Shown in pieces: positions 50,252 through 60,803 of a stretch of 60,803 nt of DNA. Both the position numbers and the translations under genes were made by a program. The notes beneath the pieces were generated by a model. That model did no database searches. It worked only from the letters and a program-made list of their open reading frames with translations, and was not told where the DNA came from. Each line of letters opens with the position of its first letter. Position 1 is the first letter of the stretch. This DNA comes from Folioceros fuciformis (Eukaryota): positions 47,934-108,736 of the forward strand of contig JBNGIO010006309.1 of NCBI GenBank assembly GCA_049999805.1, written 5' to 3'.

Positions 50252-50499
50252 TGGCAACGATTCAATTGTGTATTATATATATATATATATATATGGACAC
50301 ATAACCATATGGCGTACCAAAGCGGGGAGAAGGAGTTTGACAGAAACGTTTCTCTAAAGAGTGGCTTTGTACCCATTGGGTTTGAATACGAACATTTAGC
50401 TGCAAAGATAAAAATCCATATTGGCCATTCAAATGGTTAGGGTCTACGTTCAAAACTTCGGTGCCATCCTCATTCTTTCAGTACCATGCTTTTCATTCT

Positions 50500-53400
50500 G
50501 AGCTAAGTAGGTCATGCCAGTTTAGGGTTTATGTTTGGGCCTTGGTGGTGGATGGAGTGGGGTTATGCTAGTTTAGGGTTTATGCGGAGTCCGGGTTATG
50601 CCAAATGCAGGTGGGGTTAGATTCCCAAAAGGCAAGCATGCAGTATGGGCAAAGCAACTTGCCAAATGCAGGNNNNNNNNNNCTTGCCAAATGCAGGTGG
50701 GGTTAGATTCTCAAAAGGCAAGCATGCAGGATGGGCAAAGCAACTTGAAGGAGAGGATGCGGCAACTCACAGCGAAGATAGATGATGTGAAGCAAGTCGT
50801 GGAGTTGCTAGAGTAGGATAGGAAAGGAGAGTGGGCAAGTAGGCTAGACTATGATAGGGAGAGGGAGTGAGGACTGGGCAACTGATGCTGAGGGAGGAAG
50901 GAACAACATTAGAACATTTTTGCTTGGTTTTCCTTGTGGTCAAACCCTTTAGCTCGAAATATGTGTTGTGGTTTTTGCTTTGTCTTTGTGTAGAATAGAT
51001 TGACGTAGGAAGGAACTGGCTATTGGTGGAGGATCGTTTTGTGTTGTGGTTTGTGTTTTTGTTGGCCGCAAGATCACACTTTTGTTGGCTGCAAGATCGC
51101 ACTTTTGTTGGCTACAAGATCGCACTTTTGTTGGCTGCAAGATCGCACATTCCAAGCCAAAATATGTGAAGTGGAGCCTCTTGTTGAGAGCCGAAGCCCA
51201 TAGTTGAGGATGTCTCCCAAAAGAAATGAACTGCACGGAGACCTTGGTGGAATGCAACGAGCCCTGAGAAATCCAAGTATTGGTCACATAGCCATGTTCC
51301 TACCAAAGACGATGAATGCTGCAAGCATGCTTGAATCGTGTAGGTAGCACAATTGAGGTACAAGCAGAGGCCCATTCTTATAGATAGTGTGCTTGATGCA
51401 CAATTGAGGCACAAGCAGAGGCCCATTCCTATAGATAGTGTGCTTGATGCACAATTGAGGCACAAGCAGAGGCCCATAGTGTGCTTAATGCACGTAGGCC
51501 AAGGCCCATTTTGGTAGCCATTCCTATAGATAGTGTGCTTGATGCGCGCAAGCCAAGGTCCATTTTGGTAGATTAGAATAATACAACACCTGGTCATGAG
51601 GAATTCACGGCAAATGGTAGAGAAGAAACTAGGCTTTACTTGGTTTGTTCATCAACTTTCTCATAAGAAACAAGATTTGCTTGGTTTCTTCAGTAATGGT
51701 TTGAGTTCACAACGGATTTGCTTGGGTTGTTCATCATTGTCTCTATATGAAGTGTATTGAAAGATGTGGCAATGGCTGTGAGGCTCAACCCTAGTTATGA
51801 AGGCAACAATGCAAGCTGTGAGGCTCAACCCAAACCCTAGTTATAAGGGCAACAATGCAAGCCGTGAGGCTAAGCCTAAACCCTATTTATGATTGCCGCA
51901 ATGTAGGAGGGTTGAGCCTGGCAACTGTGTAGCCTTATGCGGTGAAGCAACCACTAAACAAACCCTCAAGTGTGGAAGCCTGAGGGATGAATGTAAAATG
52001 ACATTGAATGGGGAAGAATGGTTTTTGGGAAAACTCTTAATGCGTCTTTGCAATTTTCAGTGTTCGGTATGGTAAAGTGTTTGTTTCGGGGTGATGCTCA
52101 AACAAAAATTGGCAAAAAAGGCATCTTATGGTATATACTCGAGGTAAAAATCCTAAAATAGTCTAGCATCCTCTCTGTCCGGTTTGGTATACCATACATA
52201 TATACTACTAAAAGTCCAGCAATTACCTAAACCCTTGGAGATATAATGTTGGCCTAACCAAGTTTAGTTAAATTGCTTTCACTTTAGTTAGAGGTGAGAA
52301 TATGGAATACCGATACAGACACCACCATTTAGTATATGATCCCATATTTTGAAACTAATGAGCATGACCATATCGCTAGTGGCCGGATATTAGGGCGTTG
52401 TGATCTAGCCATCCTGATCTGGCCATCACCCAAAATACAAAGACGTTTTTTTTTCCTTTCTAAATGCATAGAACATTACATTTCTTTCCTCACACAATCT
52501 CGTTATGGTTTTTAGGGTTCGAGGGCATAGTTTGATGGAGACCAAGTCAACATGTTCTTGGTCACCTCCTTCTCCTAAACCCATGCCATTCTCCTTAAAG
52601 GGAAGGGTCGTGGACAGTCAAGTCTATCTCCTTCCATGCAAGGATCGTTTTGCAACATCTTTAACTACAAAAAAGGTAGAGGGCATGGAACCATACAAGA
52701 GGAGGAATGGAAGAATATAGTCTTTATTCCAAGCCTATGAGGACTACATGGCCCAACAACGGATTACGTGCACAATCACATACTCCATGGGCCTTTATAA
52801 GAAGACTTCATACTACTACAAAGACCAAAGAAGACAAATGTTGTTCCATGCCCATGGAGTGGCCTCCTCCTCCGTCCATGGCTGCAGGTACACCTCCAAT
52901 GCCTCCATCTTGCACAGTGCCATTAAAGCCAGGTGAAGTCAATACATGTTGAGGAGGAACTTCATGCCCTCCAATCTGTAGGGTTATTAAAGCATAATGT
53001 GCTTAGACTAATGTGTTTAGTTTAATATTAGTGTCTAATTAATTATCATTTGTTTAGATTAACTTAAGCTAATATATAAAAAGCTTCTCGCGTAGCTTCT
53101 TGTGCGCTTCTTGTGAAGCTTCTTTTAGAGGATATAAATACCCTCTTGAGCTTCTTGTGAAGCTTCTTTTAGAGGATATAAATACCCTCTTGAGCTCCTT
53201 TGCAATGAGAGACATTGTGTGAGAGTGTGAGACCTCTCTTTCTCCTCTCCTCCTTCACCATGTGGCTCTTCTAGCGATCTTTCAAGTGGTATCAGAGCTA
53301 GGATTGTGGAGCAAGAGGGTGATGGCTGCAAATGCTGCGGACAAGTTGCGCAAGGCTGTGAGGAAGGCATTGGAGTGAGTGGGGGCCGTATGTGGCAACC

Positions 53401-54120
53401 CTCTACCCGGGGTGTAGGGGGCTTCAGCCCTGCTGTGCTCACACTGCGGTAGTGGCAGCGGGAGGGCGCCGCCACGCCATATTGCTAAGCCTACAAGGCT
53501 TTAGGGTGCCTACAACCTCTAATGCAACTACCTTGCTATCCTCAAATACCTCCTACACCTCCTTTTACTTGCTCATATAATGTGCAACACCTGCTGCAAG
53601 GCAATCTAGACCTACATCTTCAAGACTTTAGGGACTTTCAAGACTTTTAAGACCTTCAAGATCTTTAAGACCTTCAAGACGTTGAGGCTGTATTCAACAC
53701 TATGCACGCTCAAGGTGTAGGGTTCCTCAAGCAATGTTGAGGCTGTATTCAACACTATGCACGCTCAAGGTGTAGGGTTCCTCAAGTAATCTGGAAGGCT
53801 ATTTGCAAGTCTTCCTCCATAAACATTAGACCCTCCACAAGAAGAAAGATATGGACTAGAAAAGATTTATACCAAGAAGAAACAAAGTTATAGACCAGAG
53901 AAATTCTTCAGTGTCTCAGTGGATGATCAATCTAAATTCACTGAAGTGGCTATGACACACGATTTCAGTCCACTGAAGTGGCTATGACACAAACAAAGTT
54001 CATACCATAATGTGACATGTAACCCTAAAATCTATATGTATATAATCTCTATGTATGTGGGAGATGCCATAGAATAGTCATGTAAAGAAACATGAAAAAA
54101 AAAACCCCCAAAAACCCTAA
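50500..54120. repeat. Repeat-dense TE-derived island with many local tandem duplications
   Basis: 23-bp unit TTTTGTTGGCTGCAAGATCGCAC (~51057-51148), ~45-bp units (51340-51560), and duplications at 51770-51890, 53105-53190 and 53681-53786. Confidence 0.7.
52947..53298 (+). mobile_element. Orphan 5' LTR (TG...CA, ~340 bp) followed by tRNA-Met primer-binding site
   Basis: TGTTGAG at 52947, TATA-like TATATAAA, TTCA at 53281-53284, then TGGTATCAGAGC at 53287-53298 (canonical tRNAiMet PBS). No gag/pol or 3' LTR seen. Confidence 0.7.
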
Positions 54121-54746
54121 TCGTGGACCGAATAAGCTTATCAATATTCCACATGAAAAACCTCAGTCATCTTTTATGGTTACCATTTTTAAATATAAAT
54201 TCACCAAGCACTGACAAATTTGTTTTGAGCGTTAATCTTAATCTTAACCCTATCCTCCCTATTGTTCTGTTCCATGTCACTGAATACAATAGGACTCCGT
54301 ACCTTGTGCCTCCATCATTACTCCACCTAAAAAAAAGAGTTGGTTTCAAGTGCGTTCGTGCCTTTGTCCCGAGGGCTCCCGGAGCTCCAAGGATCACACG
54401 GCAGCAGAGGTATCGTAAAAAATAGCACGATGGAGTAAAGCCATAAGGAAAGTAATCTAGGTATACATCGCCTACGGAGTGAGTACACGGCAACCCGAAA
54501 GAAAAATGCCGTGTCCACAGGAACTCCAATGCACAGTGATTGGCGAAAACCCCCTGGATAAATACATGCAAAGAATAATGCGAAAGCCTACCGCGTGCAA
54601 CAACGTTTCCAGCAATCTGCACTCCTGTGCAAAAGGGATGCAAGGGGCATGATGACACTTGAGGGAAGACAGTCATGGATCATCCAAGCCGCCACAGCCA
54701 AGCCAAGCCATGCCATACCCTCCTTCCGACCCCTCAGGCACGAGCA

Positions 54747-55940
54747 TCAGTTGGGACGGATGTATCGGCCTGGCCGACGACTCAGTGGCTTGGGGTAGAT
54801 GATCTCTTCCATGGCTTGGTTCAGCTCTCGCTCATCCACGCAGCTGTACCCCAACCAGTAGGCACGGGCCAGCCTGCCCGAGCCCATCAACGGGTCCGCT
54901 TCTTCCATGACGGTGCCCGCATCCACCTGACCCTGGCTTGGCTCCGCATCATCCTCTTCAGTCAAGGTGACCCAACTGTCGAAGCAGCGACCCGACACAG
55001 TGCACACCAGGAGCTCACTGGAGGGATCCAGGACTGTCTCCCGGCAAGTATCATCACACACATGGGCACGCCCTGTTTTTTCACACAGGAACACATCACC
55101 AATCTGGTAGTAGGAGCACGTCCTTCCAGAGCACCAGTGGTCCTTGCAATTAGCGTCCGACAGCCTCCTACTGTGTAGCCATGCCTTCATCTGATCAGCT
55201 AAGGAGGAATCTACCACAACTAGGTCATCACGAACCTGAGAGGGGAGGGGAGCTTGGCTGCGCTTCGCCACCTGCATCTGGACGTAGTACTCCCGGAACT
55301 CAGTGGGAGTGTTCATCACAATTTCAACCATGTCTGCTCTGTCACGCTCAAAGTAGAGCTGCTTCCAGGCACAGCCGCGAGGCTTTTTGCGCTGATCCGA
55401 GGAGGAGGGGGCGCCCCACCTAAGACAGTACAGCCTCCGCCACAGACTCTCGTCAGAAGCGGCTACTCGAAAGAAGTGGCAAACTGATGCACACATGGAC
55501 AGATCCTCAGAAGAGAGAAATTTCAAGATGCTAGGGAACAGCTCGGGAGGAATCTTCCCTATAGTGCCTGTCAGAGCACCTTCCGGGCCATCCCCCGGCT
55601 TCCAGCACTCTTGCATCGCTTCTACCCGCCTCCTCTTCTGCCTCCCTTGCACATCCTCATGAACATGGTCGCCCTCTCCACATCCCTCCTCGCTGCCGTT
55701 CCAACCCAGCACCTCGTCCTCCAAAAACTGCGCCAACGCATCATCAACATCATCATCCACAAGAACCTGGATTTCCACCCTCTGCTCCTCCGCTTCGCCC
55801 GCCTCCATTTCCTTCCCCGGCCCCGCCTCCTTGTCCGCAGTGGCAGCCATGGCTGCTGCACTCCTAACACGATGGGGCCTCAAGGGGCCAGGAGAAGGAG
55901 CGTCGGTGGTAGGCGTTTCAGGCATGGGCTTCGCCGTCAT
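54747..55940 (-). CDS. SKIP31: F-box protein SKIP31-like, single uninterrupted ORF (397 aa)
   Basis: F-box IPPELFPSILKFLSSEDLSMCASVC...DESLWRRLYCLRWG. Also WKQLYFERDRADM, QMQVAKRSQAP, Cys-rich FLCEKTGRAHVCDDTC...LVCTVSGRCF and GSGRLARAYWLGYSC. Confidence 0.92.
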   Translation of the reverse strand: MTAKPMPETPTTDAPSPGPLRPHRVRSAAAMAATADKEAGPGKEMEAGEAEEQRVEIQVLVDDDVDDALAQFLEDEVLGWNGSEEGCGEGDHVHEDVQGRQKRRRVEAMQECWKPGDGPEGALTGTIGKIPPELFPSILKFLSSEDLSMCASVCHFFRVAASDESLWRRLYCLRWGAPSSSDQRKKPRGCAWKQLYFERDRADMVEIVMNTPTEFREYYVQMQVAKRSQAPLPSQVRDDLVVVDSSLADQMKAWLHSRRLSDANCKDHWCSGRTCSYYQIGDVFLCEKTGRAHVCDDTCRETVLDPSSELLVCTVSGRCFDSWVTLTEEDDAEPSQGQVDAGTVMEEADPLMGSGRLARAYWLGYSCVDERELNQAMEEIIYPKPLSRRPGRYIRPN

Positions 55941-56044
55941 TTATACAGCCTCCCTTCTTCTTTCCTTCATTTCTGTAACCGTAGGACGAGTTTCTATTTT
56001 TCCCCTCCTATCAGGTTCCTCCTGGATAAAATAATATCTGTAGG

Positions 56045-56728
56045 ATGCAGCCGCTCCCAGCGATCTGTGCTTTCTCCGCTTGCCCTAACTTTGGAGCGAA
56101 GGGGGAGTGGTACATGGCGGCACAGAAGCTTCGACTCGATCTCTGGCTGCGCTACTGGATGCGCCAGCGCCTCGCCCCTCATGTCGCTACGCCGCCTCAT
56201 GTGGTTCGGCGCATGCTGGAGCTTGCCCAAGTGCAGTCGTCCGACTCTGTGGTAGACCTCGGTTGCGGTGACGCCCGCCTTCTCATCGCAGGTGGATGAG
56301 TGAAGCATGGGATGGACCGGGGATGGCTTGCTTGCCTGCATGCTTTCGTGTACACGGGGGATGTTGATAGGATGTTGCCTTGCGCAGCGGCCAAGCATTG
56401 CGGGGCCCCGGGGCACGGGGCGGAGCTTGATTCTGCTCTCTTGGCCGAAGCGCAGAGAGCGGTGCACCAGGCTGGCTTAGGGCACATGATTACGCTTGAG
56501 CTCTGTGATGCACTCGCTGTAGATCTGTCCAGGTCCTCTGTCGTGACACTGTATCTGACGGAACGGGGGAATGATTTGCTGCTTCCCAAGCTCCAGCAGG
56601 AACTGCCTGCGGGTGCCCGTGTTGTATCATTCTGTTGGCCGTTTGCGAGATGGGAACCATCGTCGGTCACAAGAGTTGATGGCATCAGTCTCTACCTGTA
56701 CACGATTGGGAAGGCCGTCCAGCCTTAG
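56045..56728 (+). CDS. Class I SAM-dependent methyltransferase, FAM173 / bacterial small-MTase-like; exons 56045-56291, 56388-56728
   Basis: APHVATP...VVRRMLELA...VVDLGCGDARLLIA|AAK...GAELD...VVTLYL...LLPKLQQELPAGARVVSFCWP. One in-phase GT-AG intron; alternative start ATG at 56114. Confidence 0.85.
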
Positions 56729-57281
56729 GCAAGCCGTCGGGGTTTATGTTGGAAGCTTGCTTGCTTGTCTGTGAATTGCTGGTTACATCGGGACAACTTG
56801 AGGTGGCCATGACGATTCTTTTTTCCCGAAGATGAGGCCCACTTCTTGTGGCCGTGAAATTTCTACTTCATGCCGAGCCACCGCCGTACACCCAGATGGT
56901 CCGAACCCCTCAGCCACTTTGTTGTGTGTCAAACTTACGTGTGGACCTCGTAGGAGGTCGGTCGTGAATTTCACGTCTTCTGACGAAGACGGTCAGAGTG
57001 AGTGACTTTCTACATACAGACCTCAAATCCTCCCGCAGAAGAAAACCACTTGAAAGTACCGTAAAGGGAAGGATACGGGGCAGAAACTCCCTAGACTAAA
57101 AGGAAAATGTCGACCAAGACCTAAATGTTCCCGGAATGACTACACTCTCTGCCAAAGCCAACACGCATTGGCTAAAAAGGTGTCCCGGTCTACAGAAGGG
57201 ACGGTCGTCAACGACCAGGCCTCTTGCAACTCCCACAGTCACCACAGAAAATCGGAAATCATCAACATAGAAGATCGAAAG

Positions 57282-58559
57282 TCACCATAGAAGTTCGGAA
57301 ATCTGTCAAAATATCAGAGCACAGTATCAGCAACTCTGATACGCATGGCCTGGAGAAAAACGGTGATGAACACAAATAGCGGGGAGACTGAAAACACGAA
57401 GCTCAGAAAGCTGAGAATGCTCTTACATGAATGGGCATCTCTTCAATCACAACACCACAGCTCTCCTCTATGCCCCTTAGTGTATTCACTTCTCCTCCAA
57501 CAACAACATTAATCACTACTCCGCCTGCATCTCACAACGGCGAGGTTACTGCTAGCAGTTCTTCTCTGAAACTTGAGGTAGAGGGAAAAATGGTAACCTG
57601 CAACGAGGCTTCCAACACCATTATTGCTTCCTACTGCTGCTGAGTGACTCAAGCAAGCCCCTACTCGCCGCATATATGCTTCCTGCAAAGAGAGCTGACT
57701 GAAGCAAAGCCTGAACAGTGAAAAAGCTTCAACGCAAATGTGACACGGCTCACACCTTTTTGCTTGGCAGGTCGTAGTTTATCATCACTCGGCCAGCCAA
57801 GGGCGCCTCTCCTAAGGAATTTGAAGGCAGGCAAACGTCAGTCATGACCAGGAGATGGGACGGCAAACTTTTGGACTCGGTTCCTTGCACCCCTAATCGG
57901 ACATCTTCCATGCTCTCATTCCACTCCAGTATTGAGTTTCGATAAGAATCCAACGTGGACGCACGCTCACTTTCGGCAAGGTCACTGTGCTGTCAAATCC
58001 CTTTGCGTCAGAGTCAAGGTGTGGTAGCTTTCACAAGTGCAATTAGCAACATAAACATAGGCTCTCATAGCAAGGAGGGCCGTTACCACATACCAGAAAG
58101 CTTATGGTAAACTGTTGGCTTGCCGTGAGAGCAGCACAGACAGCATCAAGAGTATCGCGAGAACCGCAGCAGATACTTAACGGCAGCCCTCCCTTCCTCT
58201 CTAGTACCTCCAACAGGTCAACAAGAGTCCCCTAGCACGGATACAGCATCATAAACATCTCATACAGACTTCTGTCGTTTACTCAAATCCCAAGCACACA
58301 TCCAAACAAACACGTCCACACAATCTCAGCACTGTCACTACAAGGAAACCTGAAAACTGGTGTCCAGGAGAGCACAGACACCATCTTATATTGAAGCCGA
58401 TCCACAGCAATGTAGTACTGAAGTAGACCGTCACCGTCTCGTTGCCTGAATCAGGACATCCAGTACTTATGAAACTGAGAATGCCTTCCAACAGAGGCGA
58501 GCACGCAGAACTATGCCCAACCTGGGAAAGGACGGGGAAGGCGTGGCTGAATCCGCCAT
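57282..58559 (-). CDS. eIF4A-like helicase C-terminal-domain-only protein, multi-exon
   Basis: Spliced product MADSATPSPSFPR...YYIAVDRLQYKMGTLVDLL...CCGSRDTLD...LHSDLAESER...LLVMTD...INYDLPSKKEAYMRR...VINVVVGGEV...IEEMPIHISELLW*. It resembles the eIF4A RecA2 domain and has no DEAD motif. Confidence 0.82.
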
Positions 58560-58727
58560 CTCGCGCAAGAGTAGTATCTCCGAGAGTTTAGGGCTGCTAC
58601 TTCAGAACAACTGTGCTATTTGCGAAGGACTCCAGCGTTGCTCCCCGTACGCAAATTACAGCGCATCCCACAGTTGTTATGGTTGTGGACCCATTGCGCT
58701 GTGGAACAATTGTCGGTAGAAGGAATC

Positions 58728-59915
58728 ATGGAGGCGGAGGACAACAAATTTGCTCTGCAGGTCCGGCCTGGAATATGTATCAGTAGATTTGCTTCGGAAT
58801 TCCGGTTAGGAGGGTCTGGAGCTAGTCACCCGTTGGGCTTCAACTCTGTCGCAGCTCAGCGAAGAAATCTGGGCACGTCTTGTCTGATGCACAGCTTTGT
58901 CTCCGATCTCGCTTCTCATTCTGCTGAACTGTGGGGTAGCAGGTGACGCCAGAGCTTGTTCTGAAGCTTTCCAGGGATTTGGATGGCTCTAAGAAGCCGA
59001 GACCTAATAGAGCGAAACCGGCGCCTATCAAGACAAGCCCACAGAAGCAGAACAACGAACACGATCTTCCTGTCGGAGGATGGACGCCAGGAGCTCCAGT
59101 TTTCCCAGGATTCCTCCCTACTTTACCAGGTCCCGTTGTTGGCCAGGGTGCTCCAGCGAAACATAGCCAAGAGCATGAGAGCGAGCTGGAGAAAATACGC
59201 AGCATGCTTCATGAGAGTGTGTGTTCCCATGTCCCTTCGTGTTACTCTGGAGTTCTGTTCCATGTTTTTCTGGATCCAAGTTTGACACATTTTTTGTTTT
59301 GGTGCTCACCAAAGGAGAGCTGATTCTTGCAGGAAAAAGTTGGGGAGTCCCTGCAGAGGAACGAAAGGGCCCAGCTTGAAAAGGTGAAGAAGGTTGCACA
59401 AGATTTACAGGATAAGCAATACAGGTCTGTAGCCTTTACCCTGTTGTGTACATGCTCGTCCTTGTGCCGCTTTCAGATGTTCAAGGATTTGATAAACAGT
59501 CAATTATCTGAGCGCAGCACTGTCTAAGCTTGTTACTTGCTTGGCAGAGCTCCATCTAGACCTGTTCCTTGTCTTGAAGAAAGGCAGGCTTGCGTACAGT
59601 GCTATCGACAGAACATTAAGGTTTTTTTGGGACTCGAAATTGGATTTGAACCACTGACTTTTGGCTTTCCACACTATGGCACGAGGTATGTAAAGTTTGG
59701 GGGTCACGAGATCACTTGTCCTGCCATGTAAACAGGAGCCCTTGCAATGTGCGAAAAGTGTACAAGCGTTTGTTGAGTGCTCGAGACGAGCACAACAGGT
59801 ACGGGCTGAGTCTGCTGAGCTGACACAAGTCATCAAGCTCCTTGCTGCAAAGGCCTATTTGTGGTGATAAGGATACATTTCCTTCTGACAGGACTTCATT
59901 GCAACGTCAAGCTGA
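58728..59915 (+). CDS. Small coiled-coil twin-CX9C (CHCH) protein, MIC19/CHCHD3-like
   Basis: MEAEDNKFALQ|VTPELVLKL..., coiled coil, then PCLEERQACVQCYRQNIKEPLQCAKSVQAFVEC (two CX9C motifs). Last exon 59892-59915 is inferred; alternative stop at 59867. Confidence 0.75.
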
Positions 59916-60803
59916 GAGTCGCTCGAAACAGCTAGTGGATGACATATTTTCTGTCTCATCGTATACATTCGTGGAAAGAATTGAAGGTCAAGTTACTCAA
60001 CTGAGATGAATCGGGTGAACCTGGCAGGCACATTCTTGAGGGATCATCCATTTGAATTTGGACCATTACACAGTAGCCGAAATCGTTGTGCCAGTATGTT
60101 CTAACCTGCAGTAGTACATCTCGGCATGGGCGCAACTTCGTTTGCGAGGAAAGGTTCATGACGAATTTGGAAGTTTGTGCACCTTAGATGCACAGTGTCT
60201 AAGGTCTTCTCAGCTGATGAAGCCATTGTCCCAAGCTGGGAAAAGGGTTGAAAAGAGCAGTTCCTTGGCATGAGCTGCATGAGTTTTGTAACATTGAAAA
60301 AAAAAAGAGTCGCCCCCATGACCGTGTATCTACAATGTTACTTACTCCAACAATTCGGATATGTAGATGAGGAGTAAAAAAAATAGGTGAAAATGAAACT
60401 TCACTTGTCTCCACTTGGGAAACACGAGAAAAAAAAATGAGGCCATAAGGGACACCTTTTAGAAGGAACTGTTATATACATGTTATATAATATGTAAACG
60501 AATTATTTTAACATTTAAATATGATGTATTTTAATTAAGAAAAGTGGTATAGGCATCTCATCGTGCATTAAAAAAAACTAGGAATATTTTTCAATTTCAA
60601 AGAAAGAGATGGAATCAAATTCACAATCCGTATGAATACTTGCTTGTCATGAATTTAAGCACAAGTAGGATGTTACATAAACTAGAGTTTGTGTTAGACT
60701 GCCTTTGAAGATGAGCCAAGCTTGATGAAGTTTCACCTAATTGAAAACACAATGATATCAAGTGAGTTAGAATCAAAGCGCTTAAATGTGTTAACATTAA
60801 CAC

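Noticed and set aside
6352..55940. Functional proteostasis cluster (ECM29, CRT3, rhomboid, CKS1, F-box)
   Set aside because: These are common housekeeping genes. Co-location is plausible by chance and there is no sequence evidence of co-regulation.
59956..60414. Short minus-strand ORFs with plausible splice sites
   Set aside because: The best spliced product is under 30 aa with no recognisable similarity.

Overview
Eukaryotic land-plant genomic DNA. The compact genes and short (~75-100 nt) GT-AG introns suggest a non-seed plant such as a fern, lycophyte or bryophyte; this is inference only. I find 13 protein-coding genes: a plant WD40-like gene (5' end cut by the window), ECM29 (~33 exons), Cu-ATPase HMA5, calreticulin-3, a Methyltransf_16-type methyltransferase, a DUF212 divergent-PAP2 protein, rhomboid RBL11, a PHD-finger protein, CKS1 (not recoverable as an ORF from the track), an intronless SKIP31 F-box gene, a FAM173/bacterial-like SAM methyltransferase, an eIF4A C-terminal-like protein and a twin-CX9C (MIC19-like) protein. 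The genes are separated by repeat islands. One is a rearranged Ty3/gypsy relic (15.6-25.4 kb) whose RT is split by a 4.86-kb solo-LTR-like insert with a 5-bp TSD. The others are a non-autonomous pogo/Tc1-type element with TA TSD, a foldback-like repeat block (3.2-5.7 kb), and a tandem-repeat-rich block with an orphan LTR and tRNA-Met PBS (50-54 kb). No rRNA, tRNA or CRISPR array is supported. I see no clearly new biological system; the best leads are listed as findings.
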